Positions 22,812 through 31,530 of a DNA stretch of 36,052 nucleotides are shown here, piece after piece. The stretch comes from a virus: the IMG/VR virus record IMGVR_UViG_3300014808_000002. One strand, given 5' to 3'. A program made the translations under genes and the position numbers. The notes beneath the pieces were generated by a model that ran no database searches, had not been told where the DNA came from, and saw only the letters and a list, made by a program, of their open reading frames with translations. Numbering within the stretch: the first letter of the stretch is position 1; the number at the start of each line of letters is the position of its first letter.

Positions 22812-24029
22812 TTAAATGACCGTCTTTAATCGTCCGTTACCATCCGTAAACCCGTTAAGTATTTCCGTTTCTTTTTCGGCTTCTTCCTTAGTCGGATAGC
22901 ATTCTATTATACAGTTGTCCAGATTGTCTAATATGCCGTAATATCCAAGTGTTAACGGCTTATCCTTGACGGTGTAACGCTTTCCTTTTACTTTCTTCTC
23001 ATAAAATTCCACTCCTTCAGCAAGAGGGGTATAATGTGATGAAACGCTAAGCGTGCCCGATTCTATTTTGTCGTTAAACTCAATTATACCGGGTAAATCG
23101 TTTTTTAAACTACTTTCCACGCTTACACCGTCATAGGTTACGCCGTATTTGCGTTCCTCCGCTGTATATACGTTGAAAACATCGCCCGGTTGTATGTCTG
23201 CACGTACTTTCGCGCTGGTTATGATTCCAGCCCCTTCAATGTTGTAATAGCGCACACCGTTAAAGTTGTCCGTTTCGGTTAAATGGATATTTTCAAGCGG
23301 TAACGCTTCGTCAGTGTTTTCGTCCGCTTCTTTTTCGCTCTTTGCAGGTGCGAGCAATTCCCGCACCTTGTCCGTTTGCTTCTTGCTGAATATCCATCCG
23401 GCACGCTTTTCACCGTTGTAGTTTAAAGACGGGTTAAAGCGTCCGCCTAATTCCTTTAATTGCTCTTTGATCGCCTTCGTATCGCCAAACACCGCGATAG
23501 CTTTTTCGGAGTAGTCCACGATTTCCAGACCTTCAGCCGTCACAGCTTCCATTTCTTTGGCTTCCTCAGCCTTTTCAGTCTTAATGCTGCTTTTCTTCGC
23601 TTTCGGCTCTATAACCTTATATTCATCGCTTACTTCTATATGGATGTAAAAATTAGTATCAAAATAGTCTTGCATGCCGTCCGAATCATTATAACGGAAA
23701 GAACTAGCGTAATTTGATACAGCATTTAGAGCTGCAAACACTTTTGGTGTTAACTCGTCTTCCCATGCCTTCACGCTGGACATTGTGGACATATAACCAC
23801 GTTCCGCGCTTCTTGAACCTTCAACAAAAGGAACACAAGGACCGGATTTTAATTCGATATACATTGAATCAGTGTACATGCTCCATTCAGAACGAACAGA
23901 GAATTTAAAGTCCGGGAAATTCTTCTTTGCATAAGATCTAACCTTTGCGGCGATTTCCTTAGTACTTAACTTGCTGTCATAGTTCGAACCAGCCCAACCG
24001 TTTGCAGTGTAGAAGTTCATTGCTTTCAT
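22812..24029 (-). CDS. Large multidomain hypothetical protein, first gene of the minus arm
   Basis: At 405 aa this is the largest ORF. The central module YSEKAIAVFGDTKAIKEQLKELGGRFN...GWIF recurs in Bacteroidales mobile-element proteins (from memory). No enzymatic motif is recognised. Confidence 0.75.
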   Translation of the reverse strand: MKAMNFYTANGWAGSNYDSKLSTKEIAAKVRSYAKKNFPDFKFSVRSEWSMYTDSMYIELKSGPCVPFVEGSRSAERGYMSTMSSVKAWEDELTPKVFAALNAVSNYASSFRYNDSDGMQDYFDTNFYIHIEVSDEYKVIEPKAKKSSIKTEKAEEAKEMEAVTAEGLEIVDYSEKAIAVFGDTKAIKEQLKELGGRFNPSLNYNGEKRAGWIFSKKQTDKVRELLAPAKSEKEADENTDEALPLENIHLTETDNFNGVRYYNIEGAGIITSAKVRADIQPGDVFNVYTAEERKYGVTYDGVSVESSLKNDLPGIIEFNDKIESGTLSVSSHYTPLAEGVEFYEKKVKGKRYTVKDKPLTLGYYGILDNLDNCIIECYPTKEEAEKETEILNGFTDGNGRLKTVI

Positions 24030-24164
24030 AATGCTATATTTAAATTGTTAATAATTCAACCTTATAGCGTGATTAATAGCCTACTAATACCAGATACAGA
24101 CTATACACTCAATAGCTGGATGCTATCGTAATATCAGCAAACCAAAAAAATAAATGGAAGAATA

Positions 24165-24196
24165 TTTGCAAGAATCAAAATAGAAAAGTACCTTTG
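24165..24196 (+). promoter_or_regulatory. Bacteroidota-type promoter (-33 TTTG, -7 TACCTTTG)
   Basis: TTTG lies at 24165..24168 and TAnnTTTG at 24189..24196, with a 20-nt spacer. Confidence 0.5.
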
Positions 24197-24202
24197 CCCC
24201 GT

Positions 24203-24278
24203 GTGATAGGGATAGATACTTTAGTATTTTGATCCTTTGAGAGTCTTAATACTGGAATATTAAGACTCTCTTTTTATT
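24203..24278 (+). ncRNA. Candidate sRNA of about 75 nt
   Basis: The promoter above is followed after about 40 nt by a 13-bp perfect hairpin (24239..24251/24258..24270) and TTTTTATT. No ORF is present. Confidence 0.45.
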
Positions 24279-25082
24279 CCATTTGTCAATATATCATGTA
24301 TCACGCTTGCCTAATCAATGGATCTACTACCTATATCGTAGTGTCGTATCTCTCATCTTTCAACACTGTAAAATTACAAAATTATTATCATATAAACAAA
24401 GAAAATTGCACTTTTTTGTGTTGAATTTTCACATATAAATAGAGTTTATAGCATACACTTATCACTTGATATTATGCGATATAGAAACGTTTTATTTTGA
24501 TTCTCACAATGTGCCGTACTTACCACTCTGCCTTATATCGCCCTTATTAAAGCCGTCAGCAACGAATCAAACGAGCGTTAAAAGCCGTTGTAAGCATACC
24601 CCGCCCCCTGATCAGCCAGCCAGCCGACGACAACCGTCCTCTCCCGTTTTTTTTTAAATTTTTTTCTGAATTTTCGCGTCTTGCAATGTTGCAATATTTC
24701 GCATCTACAACATAATTTATTATGTAAAATAATATTATTCATCATTATATCAATATTCATGTTTTACGTTGATGCTTTCCTATGCAGATTGCTTTTATTC
24801 CCCTTTGTTTATTTAAATAATCAAAGGGAGTGAGGTGTTCGCTGTGCTCACTCTTTCTTTATGTTACTTTCTTTCTATGTATTTTGGATTAGACATTTTT
24901 CCTTTATTTATATAGGGTATGTCTAATATGCAATGATGTAGTACTATGCAATACAAAGTACAGATATCAATATTTCAAATATGCTTTTACTTTTAAGATT
25001 AAAAACTTAATATTGAAACGGATTTAAATATATCATAGTGATAAATATTAAAGTAAAGCTTTAATATATGAATTTAATTAAT

Positions 25083-25090
25083 TATATTTG
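25083..25090 (+). promoter_or_regulatory. -7 box (TATATTTG) for the plus arm
   Basis: It matches TAnnTTTG and lies 22 nt upstream of the ATG at 25112. Confidence 0.45.
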
Positions 25091-25111
25091 CGTGTATTAT
25101 TATATTATAAT

Positions 25112-25579
25112 ATGAGTGACTATAAGTTTTATATGATGCGTTACGGTGAGCTTGGTGCCGTTTGGAAAGACTTGGAAACGGATTTCCCCGGATTGCGGTA
25201 CAAAGAATGTACAGGCCTTAATTCGTATGGAGAGCCTACAAATATGTATGCAGAGGATTTTGCCGAAACAAGCAAGGCTGAGGTGTATGTTTCCAGCACA
25301 CCGGCACACAAGCAGACAACTATAAAGCTGACATTGATATTCTTGGAGGATGATACCAAGAATGATAAGTCTTACCGTGACTTTATGGCTTTCATTACTG
25401 GCTCCAAGATTGCCTACCGTGACACGGCGAGGAAGCGGAAAGTATTGATGTATCTTTCGGGAGCTACAGAACCTAAAAGTGACACGGTGTACGGGCAGAA
25501 ATACAAGGAGGTGACGTTTACGTTCAAGAACGTGTACGGGCATTCCTTCGGATATGACGAAACTTTTCCTAACGAATAA
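25112..25579 (+). CDS. Hypothetical protein, first gene of the plus arm
   Basis: Track ORF with the start moved to the ATG (MSDYKFYMM), because the TTG at 25088 lies inside the -7 box. Confidence 0.65.
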   Translation: MSDYKFYMMRYGELGAVWKDLETDFPGLRYKECTGLNSYGEPTNMYAEDFAETSKAEVYVSSTPAHKQTTIKLTLIFLEDDTKNDKSYRDFMAFITGSKIAYRDTARKRKVLMYLSGATEPKSDTVYGQKYKEVTFTFKNVYGHSFGYDETFPNE

Positions 25580-25588
25580 ATTTGGATT

Positions 25589-26047
25589 ATGAAGAATCAG
25601 ACACTTTCTATCGAGCGGATGCGGCATCTGAAAGATTTGGGTGTTGGCACAAGCAATGCGAGCATGAGGTGGATAAATTCAAAAGAGGACGTTCCCATGC
25701 CCAAATACCCTTTTCTTTATGATGGTGATTATTACCTTTCCATGCAATGTATGGAAGCTAATAAAATATTATCATATATTGATATTGTTCCTGCATTCAC
25801 CTTGCAGGACATTATCAATATGTTACCTGAAGACGTTCCATGTAAATATGCGCGTTATCCATTAGGTAAGGCATGTCTTGAGCTAGGGAAAGATTATGCA
25901 GGATATTCCTATACTGATATGAATGATGAGCATGATTATGAGGTTTGTTTTGGAGGGCATGAAGATATTCTTGTTGAAGTCTATAATTTGCTGTGCTGGT
26001 GTATTGAGAACGGATATGTAAAAACGAATAAAAAAGAACAGCAATGA
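25589..26047 (+). CDS. Hypothetical protein, paralog of 34018..34413
   Basis: The shared motifs are L..LG....N.SM.W, FTLQDI...LP and LLCWCIENGYVK. Confidence 0.65.
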   Translation: MKNQTLSIERMRHLKDLGVGTSNASMRWINSKEDVPMPKYPFLYDGDYYLSMQCMEANKILSYIDIVPAFTLQDIINMLPEDVPCKYARYPLGKACLELGKDYAGYSYTDMNDEHDYEVCFGGHEDILVEVYNLLCWCIENGYVKTNKKEQQ

Positions 26048-26286
26048 ATCATTATATACCTATCTTATTACCAATTAGAGGGTTTAATTCAATATATCCA
26101 TTCGTTTTTAGCTGGGTGTTTCTCACCGTAATAGGAGTATTATTGCTTATGCTTGCATATATTTATAATAAATTCAATTTTGAAGATTGTAAATATTCTG
26201 ATTTATGGTTTTGGGGATGGATTGTTATTGTCTCCACGTCTATAATATTAGGTATTCCCATTTTAATTGGTTTAATAATTATATAA
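26044..26286 (+). CDS. Small membrane protein
   Basis: 80-aa ORF with 2 to 3 hydrophobic segments. It shares a 4-nt overlap with the upstream gene. Confidence 0.55.
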   Translation: MNHYIPILLPIRGFNSIYPFVFSWVFLTVIGVLLLMLAYIYNKFNFEDCKYSDLWFWGWIVIVSTSIILGIPILIGLIII

Positions 26287-26296
26287 TTTATATGAT

Positions 26297-26896
26297 ATGT
26301 TTTTAGAAACAGGAACCTTATCAGAAGCATTATCCTTTGCGAAGTGCAAGGATTTGCCCAAGAAGTTCAATCCCGAACTGGGGCTTACTTGGATATTGGC
26401 TATCGCCCTTATCAAGAAGAAGAACCTTATGAATGCCTACGCCATTGTGGAGCAGAGGGCAGACGGACTTATCCAGTACAAGAAGACATTCGGACGGCTT
26501 TCTCCCATTGACGGTCTTATCTCCATCCATCCGTATATGTACGTGGATGAGGAAGCGTTGGGAATAGCTATGAAAGCAAACAGACGAACTATCGCCATGC
26601 ACTATCCCGGTTATGCGGATGAAATCATTGATTCGGACGATGAGAAGTTCAAGGTGTACCAGTTGCAGTACGCGATGGATATGCAGAAGCTGAACATGAA
26701 CCAGGAGAAGCCGAGATTCGGGAGGTCTGTTGTGGATGAAGCGGAGGAAGCGGCTAATCCGGTTGTTGAGGAAGTGTTGAAGGAGAATGAAGCCGTAGCA
26801 ACGGTTGAGGGCGAAGGAGAGTGTATTATTGAGGTCGAGGATGCTAAGACAGCGTTCAGACCGAAGAGAGGTAGAAAGGCAAAAACGGAGGAATAA
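26297..26896 (+). CDS. Hypothetical protein with an acidic, then basic tail
   Basis: 199-aa track ORF. The antisense 250-aa ORF was rejected. Confidence 0.65.
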   Translation: MFLETGTLSEALSFAKCKDLPKKFNPELGLTWILAIALIKKKNLMNAYAIVEQRADGLIQYKKTFGRLSPIDGLISIHPYMYVDEEALGIAMKANRRTIAMHYPGYADEIIDSDDEKFKVYQLQYAMDMQKLNMNQEKPRFGRSVVDEAEEAANPVVEEVLKENEAVATVEGEGECIIEVEDAKTAFRPKRGRKAKTEE

Positions 26897-26899
26897 GGT

Positions 26900-27454
26900 A
26901 TGGCAAAGAACAAGAAACAACAAGGATTTGAGTTCATCATCAAAGAAAGTGATGTGTTGGAGAGAGAAAGCTTCGGCTCGTTTGAGATTGTAATCACGAA
27001 AGGATATGCCTGTTTTAAGAACTACACAGGATTCCGGGTGTTCACTACTCCATACGCAGTAGGATTGGACGGTGTGGCACATGAAACATCCCTGTATGCT
27101 TGGTTGAAGTACATGGTGGACTTCAAGAAGTCAATCAAAGGCAAGGAGAATGAAATGTTCGGGGAAACTACTTCCACCAACAAGGAGTTCTTGGACGGTA
27201 TGAAGGTGCTTACAGAAGCGAACCTTGTGAAGCCTATGACCGTGTTTACTGACATAAATGAAGCGCAGAAAGAGGCTGAAAACTACATGAAGTGGATGGA
27301 AGGTCAGATGAAGGATTTGGATAAGGCTATGAACACTACGCCGCCTGAAGAGGATTTGAAAACTAATGCGGAATTTGAACAGAAGGCTATCATGGCAGAA
27401 GAAACGAAGGAGATGTTTGACAATGGAACTGAAACCGAGAAAGGACAGGTATAG
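26900..27454 (+). CDS. Hypothetical protein
   Basis: 184-aa track ORF. Confidence 0.65.
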   Translation: MAKNKKQQGFEFIIKESDVLERESFGSFEIVITKGYACFKNYTGFRVFTTPYAVGLDGVAHETSLYAWLKYMVDFKKSIKGKENEMFGETTSTNKEFLDGMKVLTEANLVKPMTVFTDINEAQKEAENYMKWMEGQMKDLDKAMNTTPPEEDLKTNAEFEQKAIMAEETKEMFDNGTETEKGQV

Positions 27455-27857
27455 CCCCGATAATATCTACCGTATCTATATCAATATTGGGAACCATCCC
27501 GGTGCAAAATGGGTTTCTTTCAAGGACAAAGAAACCGGAGAGGTCACTAAGGGGGTATTCTTGCCGGATTGGGAAACTGGTGGGATACGGATAAGAAGAG
27601 GATATCTTAGATTTGAAATTAATGCGATTCCGATAAAGGGATGTATGAATACCCATATACTTATTCCTGCTGTTAATAAAGGAGTTGATTGCGGTCTTGG
27701 AATAAAGAAAAGCAGTAAGCAGACATATTTTAGTAAGAGCGTTATAGGGAATATGTATGTATGCGGAGAAATACTTAATGAAGACCAAAAGAAAATCATA
27801 GAGAAGTATGTCAGAAGAAAAAGATTGCTTAAAATCGGACGTTATAAGAAAGATTGA
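27423..27857 (+). CDS. Hypothetical protein
   Basis: Track ORF with the start moved to MELKPRKD. This leaves a 32-nt overlap with the upstream gene. Confidence 0.55.
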   Translation: MELKPRKDRYSPDNIYRIYINIGNHPGAKWVSFKDKETGEVTKGVFLPDWETGGIRIRRGYLRFEINAIPIKGCMNTHILIPAVNKGVDCGLGIKKSSKQTYFSKSVIGNMYVCGEILNEDQKKIIEKYVRRKRLLKIGRYKKD

Positions 27858-28145
27858 GCGTATCGTGTGCGATTGCGTAAATAAAGTATTCTGCAACCAG
27901 AGCCCTGTATATCCTTCAACTATCTATGAAGGAAGGACAAACATTATGCGAGGGGTGCAGTTTTTGCCGTATTGCATAACAGGTTCGGAATCTCATATGG
28001 TAATATTGCCAAACACTCAAAAATTAGCAGCAGGAACATTATACGGTCTGTAAAGACTTATAAAAGCATTCCTGATTCAGACAATGCCGTAATGATGATA
28101 AAAGAGCTTATAGAAATTGAACTAAAAAAATTTCCTATTGTATGA
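27808..28145 (+). pseudogene. DnaA-C-terminal-like HTH protein gene split by a -1 frame change near 27930
   Basis: Frame A (27808..) gives MSEEKDCLKSDVIRKIERIV... Frame B is open over 27930..28145 and gives KDKHYARGAVFAVLHNRFGISYGNIAKHSKISSRNIIRSVKTY..., an HTH like DnaA domain IV. Frame B ends in an ATGA overlap with the next gene. Confidence 0.45.
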
Positions 28146-28636
28146 ATGATTTGCTTTCTTTTAAACGTAATGCCATGATGCTCGGTCTTTGCACTGGGTA
28201 TAAGAATAAATGGGACGCAGCGACAAGTAAGGAAGCGTTAATGGATATAGCTTTGGATTCAAACGGTGTAGAGCTGTTGACAGATGCTCATAGCTTTGGG
28301 TTCGGTATGGATATTCAGTATATGAAACGGACGTTTTCTGACTATATTAATGGCAAATGGAAGCGGAGCAAGGACGGATATACTTCGTGCCTGTATGTGG
28401 ACTTTAACGGGCAAATAGAGCAGGATTGCACGCTTACTACGGTGCTTGCTTCAAAGGTTGAGTTCCATATTTCAAAAGGGAATGTGTGCAAGCTGTATGT
28501 TGGAGGTAATTCTGCTGTGAATATTACTGGTGATGGTGCGTGCTACGTGTATTCTTATGGTGAGAATAAGATTACAGGTACATTCAAGCAGTTGAAATGT
28601 ATAACTAAAAGCGAATGGACTAATAATAACATCTGA
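28142..28636 (+). CDS. Hypothetical protein
   Basis: 164-aa track ORF. Confidence 0.65.
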   Translation: MNDLLSFKRNAMMLGLCTGYKNKWDAATSKEALMDIALDSNGVELLTDAHSFGFGMDIQYMKRTFSDYINGKWKRSKDGYTSCLYVDFNGQIEQDCTLTTVLASKVEFHISKGNVCKLYVGGNSAVNITGDGACYVYSYGENKITGTFKQLKCITKSEWTNNNI

Positions 28637-28702
28637 CCTGCCAAGTGTAGGAACAGAAACGACAGCGTGGGAAACTGCGCTACCTGCTAAAAAGAATATA
28701 GT

Positions 28703-28906
28703 ATGGAAGATTTAATTAAGGCATTGCAGATATTCTTGAAGTACGAGAACAAAATGTACCCGACATATTGCGAACACGATATACTTTACGTTGATATTGA
28801 CCCAAGTATAGTTTCTGACGAAGATAAGGAAACTCTTGACGGGCTTGGCTTTTTCGTTTATGATGAATTAGATTGCTTTGCTTCGTTCAAATACGGGAGT
28901 GTGTAA
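28703..28906 (+). CDS. Hypothetical small protein
   Basis: 67-aa track ORF. Confidence 0.55.
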   Translation: MEDLIKALQIFLKYENKMYPTYCEHDILYVDIDPSIVSDEDKETLDGLGFFVYDELDCFASFKYGSV

Positions 28907-28926
28907 TCATAAATTAGTAATAAGGT

Positions 28927-30012
28927 ATGACCGAAGAAGAACAGATACAATCCGACATAGAACGGTTCGAGAACAACGCTTCTGCAATTCCTGACGATGG
29001 CGATATGGTTGAACAAATACCATTGTTCAGCTCTTCCGATATGCAGTCAGTCATTGAGAATGGGAAGAAAAAACCGCCTATCCATAGGTTGTGGGGTGAT
29101 TTTTGGTGGGAGAACGAGCTTGTTTTCTTGTTCGCTGACAGTGGTATTGGTAAGTCTATTCTTGCCACACAGATAGCCTACGAGATTGCTAAAGGGAAGA
29201 GCGAATGTACAGAAGTGGAGATGCCACCGCAAGCCGTGTTGTACTTCGATTTTGAGCTTTCGGACAGGCAGCTTGCAAGACGGTATAAAAATGCCAAGTT
29301 CCCTAAAAATCTTGTCAGATGCACCATATCTGATAACGTGGATAGCGAAGAGTTCAGCATGAACGTAATTGAAGGGATAAAGGATAAATTGCTTGACACG
29401 AAAGCAAAGATTATGATACTAGACAATCTTTCATATCTATCCACCCAGACAGCGGAAGCAGAGTATGCCGGAGTTATTATGGACGGTCTCACTAGATTGA
29501 AGCGTGAGCTAAAAATCAGTATCATGGTGATAGCACATACGCCTAAGATTGAGGAATGGAAGCCCTTGTCTAAAACCAATATGGCAGGAAGTAAGATATT
29601 GTCTAACTTTGCAGACGGGGTATTTGCCATAGGACGTACAAGGAATGGAGGACGCTATCTAAAACTACTAAAAACTCGCATGGTGAGTGAACCGGATGAG
29701 AAGTCGCTCCTGCCCTACTTCAATATTATTTCGGAGCCTTACCTTCATTTTGAAAAAGTTGGTGATGAAACGGAAAAGAAATTACTTATGGGAAAACCTG
29801 CAAAAGATTTTTTCACTTCTATTTGGGATAGAGATACGACATCCCCTATTCCTCTGAATGAGCTGGTCAAACTAATTATATCTAAGGATAATTCTAAGAA
29901 TACTATAAAGGCTAAAGACGGAAATGCTCGAAAACGTATTGACCGTGCTATAAGATACGGCTCTTTAAGGAAAGACGAATTGAAGAATGTTTTTCTGAAA
30001 ACAGAAGATTGA
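28927..30012 (+). CDS. AAA_25 / RepA-like RecA-superfamily ATPase (replicative helicase-like)
   Basis: Walker A is FADSGIGKSILATQIA and Walker B is KIMILDNLSYL. The downstream VIAHTPK is typical of the RepA/DnaB-like P-loop family. Confidence 0.75.
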   Translation: MTEEEQIQSDIERFENNASAIPDDGDMVEQIPLFSSSDMQSVIENGKKKPPIHRLWGDFWWENELVFLFADSGIGKSILATQIAYEIAKGKSECTEVEMPPQAVLYFDFELSDRQLARRYKNAKFPKNLVRCTISDNVDSEEFSMNVIEGIKDKLLDTKAKIMILDNLSYLSTQTAEAEYAGVIMDGLTRLKRELKISIMVIAHTPKIEEWKPLSKTNMAGSKILSNFADGVFAIGRTRNGGRYLKLLKTRMVSEPDEKSLLPYFNIISEPYLHFEKVGDETEKKLLMGKPAKDFFTSIWDRDTTSPIPLNELVKLIISKDNSKNTIKAKDGNARKRIDRAIRYGSLRKDELKNVFLKTED

Positions 30013-30057
30013 TTGTCAATTATCCACAAACTGTAATTTCAAACAAGTTAAAGGACT

Positions 30058-30102
30058 CTGGAAAAGCCATAAGATTGGGTAAAATATTGTGGCTTTCCCA
30101 GT
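30058..30102. terminator. Long hairpin at the convergence point of the two arms
   Basis: CTGGAAAAGCCA-(20 nt)-TGGCTTTTCCCAG. A and T tracts lie inside the stem, and there is no separate U tract. Confidence 0.4.
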
Positions 30103-30164
30103 AGTTATAAGGGCTCGCATTTGAATCCCTAAATTTTTAGTTTAGAAGTAGTTAACATTTATAT

Positions 30165-30398
30165 TCATTTCTTTTTAAGTATTTCAACACATTCCTTTAT
30201 CCCATCATCGAAACCCTGTTTATAGCCTTTAGTATATTCCCCTGTGGTATATACTGCCATTGACAGAAAAAATAGAAGGATACCTACAGGCTTATACCAA
30301 CCGGGCAACGAGATGGAAAACGGCTTAAATGTAATTGTGAGATCTCCAACCCATAATAGGGCGATAATACATATAATTGTAAGTAATATTGTTTTCAT
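30165..30398 (-). CDS. Small membrane protein
   Basis: 77-aa ORF with 2 TM segments. Confidence 0.55.
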   Translation of the reverse strand: MKTILLTIICIIALLWVGDLTITFKPFSISLPGWYKPVGILLFFLSMAVYTTGEYTKGYKQGFDDGIKECVEILKKK

Positions 30399-30592
30399 CG
30401 CTTATCATGTTTTTTAAAATGTTCGTCAAGAATAAGTTTGGATAGCTTGTACACCGATACAATCATACATGCTATCATTACAAATACTAAGACAATTCTA
30501 ACTAACAAGAACTGATCAATAGCCCAAAGTAGAGAAAAATATACGGGTAAAGACAGTGCAGCTATAATGCCGGATATTATTTTATTCTTCAT
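30395..30592 (-). CDS. Small membrane protein
   Basis: 65-aa ORF with 2 TM segments and a 4-nt overlap with its neighbour. Confidence 0.55.
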   Translation of the reverse strand: MKNKIISGIIAALSLPVYFSLLWAIDQFLLVRIVLVFVMIACMIVSVYKLSKLILDEHFKKHDKR

Positions 30593-30599
30593 AATTCAG

Positions 30600-30800
30600 T
30601 TATTTCTTTTTTAAATTAATAATCTTTGTTTCGTAATTATCAAGCCCACTTACATGAGTGCTGACAACTACTATACTGTCATTAAGATAGGTTATGCTGC
30701 TATGCCTAGTATAGTATATCTTTGGGTATTCTTTATCTTCGATAGGGTGGCTACACCCAAATACTGTGGCTATTACCACAAGAGTGGTAATATTCTTCAT
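30600..30800 (-). CDS. Small lipoprotein
   Basis: MKNITTLVVIATVFGCSHP carries a lipobox. The start is moved to the Met at 30800. Confidence 0.55.
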   Translation of the reverse strand: MKNITTLVVIATVFGCSHPIEDKEYPKIYYTRHSSITYLNDSIVVVSTHVSGLDNYETKIINLKKK

Positions 30801-30867
30801 AATTGTTCTAATTATTAACATTGTTATTAAAATAGTTAATTGTTTTCATTGTTATTACAATACAAAC

Positions 30868-30875
30868 TATATTTG
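30868..30875 (+). promoter_or_regulatory. -7 box (TATATTTG) of a plus-strand mini-cassette
   Basis: It matches TAnnTTTG. The first arm of the leader helix starts 5 nt downstream. Confidence 0.45.
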
Positions 30876-30879
30876 CATC

Positions 30880-31075
30880 GCATTTGATTTGGAAACTAAC
30901 ACCTCCAATCCAGCGAACTGTCATTCGCAAAATCTTATTCATTTCCTTGAGAAAGAATTAAGCCCATTGTCCTGCAAGCTTTGGGCTTTTTTTCTGTTAT
31001 GCTTGACAGGGTATAACAGATTATCAGCTTGCTGGTCTTGCAGCTTGGCAGGCAAAACGGAAAGGAGGTGTTAGT
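30880..31075 (+). promoter_or_regulatory. Structured 5' leader with an anti-SD arm and an internal terminator hairpin
   Basis: 30880..30890 pairs with 31081..31091 (11 bp), and 30896..30906 (CTAACACCTCC) pairs with 31064..31074 (GGAGGTGTTAG). An internal hairpin AAGCCC-N17-GGGCTT followed by T7 lies at 30960..30993. Confidence 0.5.
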
Positions 31076-31210
31076 GTGAAAAATCAAATGCAAGATGAAA
31101 GCGGCAAAACTCGTGTTTTCTGTCGATATATCGTAAAGAACGGCAAACGTATTTATCCTAAACATGGAAAATACTTTTCTTTCTTGGTAGATGACAAGAA
31201 AATTGCGTAA
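31076..31210 (+). CDS. Small basic protein (44 aa from GTG, or 40 aa from ATG 31088)
   Basis: Hand translation gives VKNQMQDESGKTRVFCRYIVKNGKRIYPKHGKYFSFLVDDKKIA. A strong AAAGGAGGTG lies 6 nt upstream, and its own terminator follows. Confidence 0.5.
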   Translation: MKNQMQDESGKTRVFCRYIVKNGKRIYPKHGKYFSFLVDDKKIA

Positions 31211-31221
31211 TGCTTCCTTTC

Positions 31222-31253
31222 AAGGGATGTTGCAGGCATCCCTTTCTCTTTTT
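31222..31253 (+). terminator. Intrinsic terminator
   Basis: AAGGGATG-ttgcagg-CATCCCTT followed by TCTCTTTTT. Confidence 0.6.
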
Positions 31254-31530
31254 AAAACCTGCCATTTCTATCTACCATTCTCTTTTCAGCATCAGTGGCT
31301 TGTCTTTTGGGAAATTTTCCATGCCACTTCCCCGGTATCATACGCGGATTTTCCCCTTTACTGTCAAATATCAATCTTCCACACTCCGAGCACAACGGTT
31401 TTCCTTCAAACTCCTTTATATTTGCATCATACTCTATGGGAAAGATTTTATGTACAACAGGCCAATAATCCGATGTGGCTGTATTCTCAACACAACCACA
31501 TTTGCTACAAATAAACAGTGGCATAATCAA
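31252..31530 (-). CDS. Zinc-ribbon protein
   Basis: Two CxxC pairs are present (CSKCGC and CSECG). Confidence 0.6.
   Translation of the reverse strand: MIMPLFICSKCGCVENTATSDYWPVVHKIFPIEYDANIKEFEGKPLCSECGRLIFDSKGENPRMIPGKWHGKFPKRQATDAEKRMVDRNGRF

Noticed and set aside
25589-26047. Paralogous genes 25589..26047 and 34018..34413 as the ends of an invertible or duplicated DNA segment
   Set aside because: The similarity is at the protein level only (for example LLCWCIENGYVK). The nucleotide sequences differ at many synonymous positions, so this is an old gene duplication and not a recombinogenic repeat.
26330-27082. The 250-aa minus-strand ORF
   Set aside because: It is antisense to two tightly tiled plus-strand genes. 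Its Leu/Arg/Ser/His-rich composition is typical of shadow ORFs, and it breaks the operon layout of the plus arm. The same reasoning applies to 25100..25627, 26611..26997 and 27390..27896.
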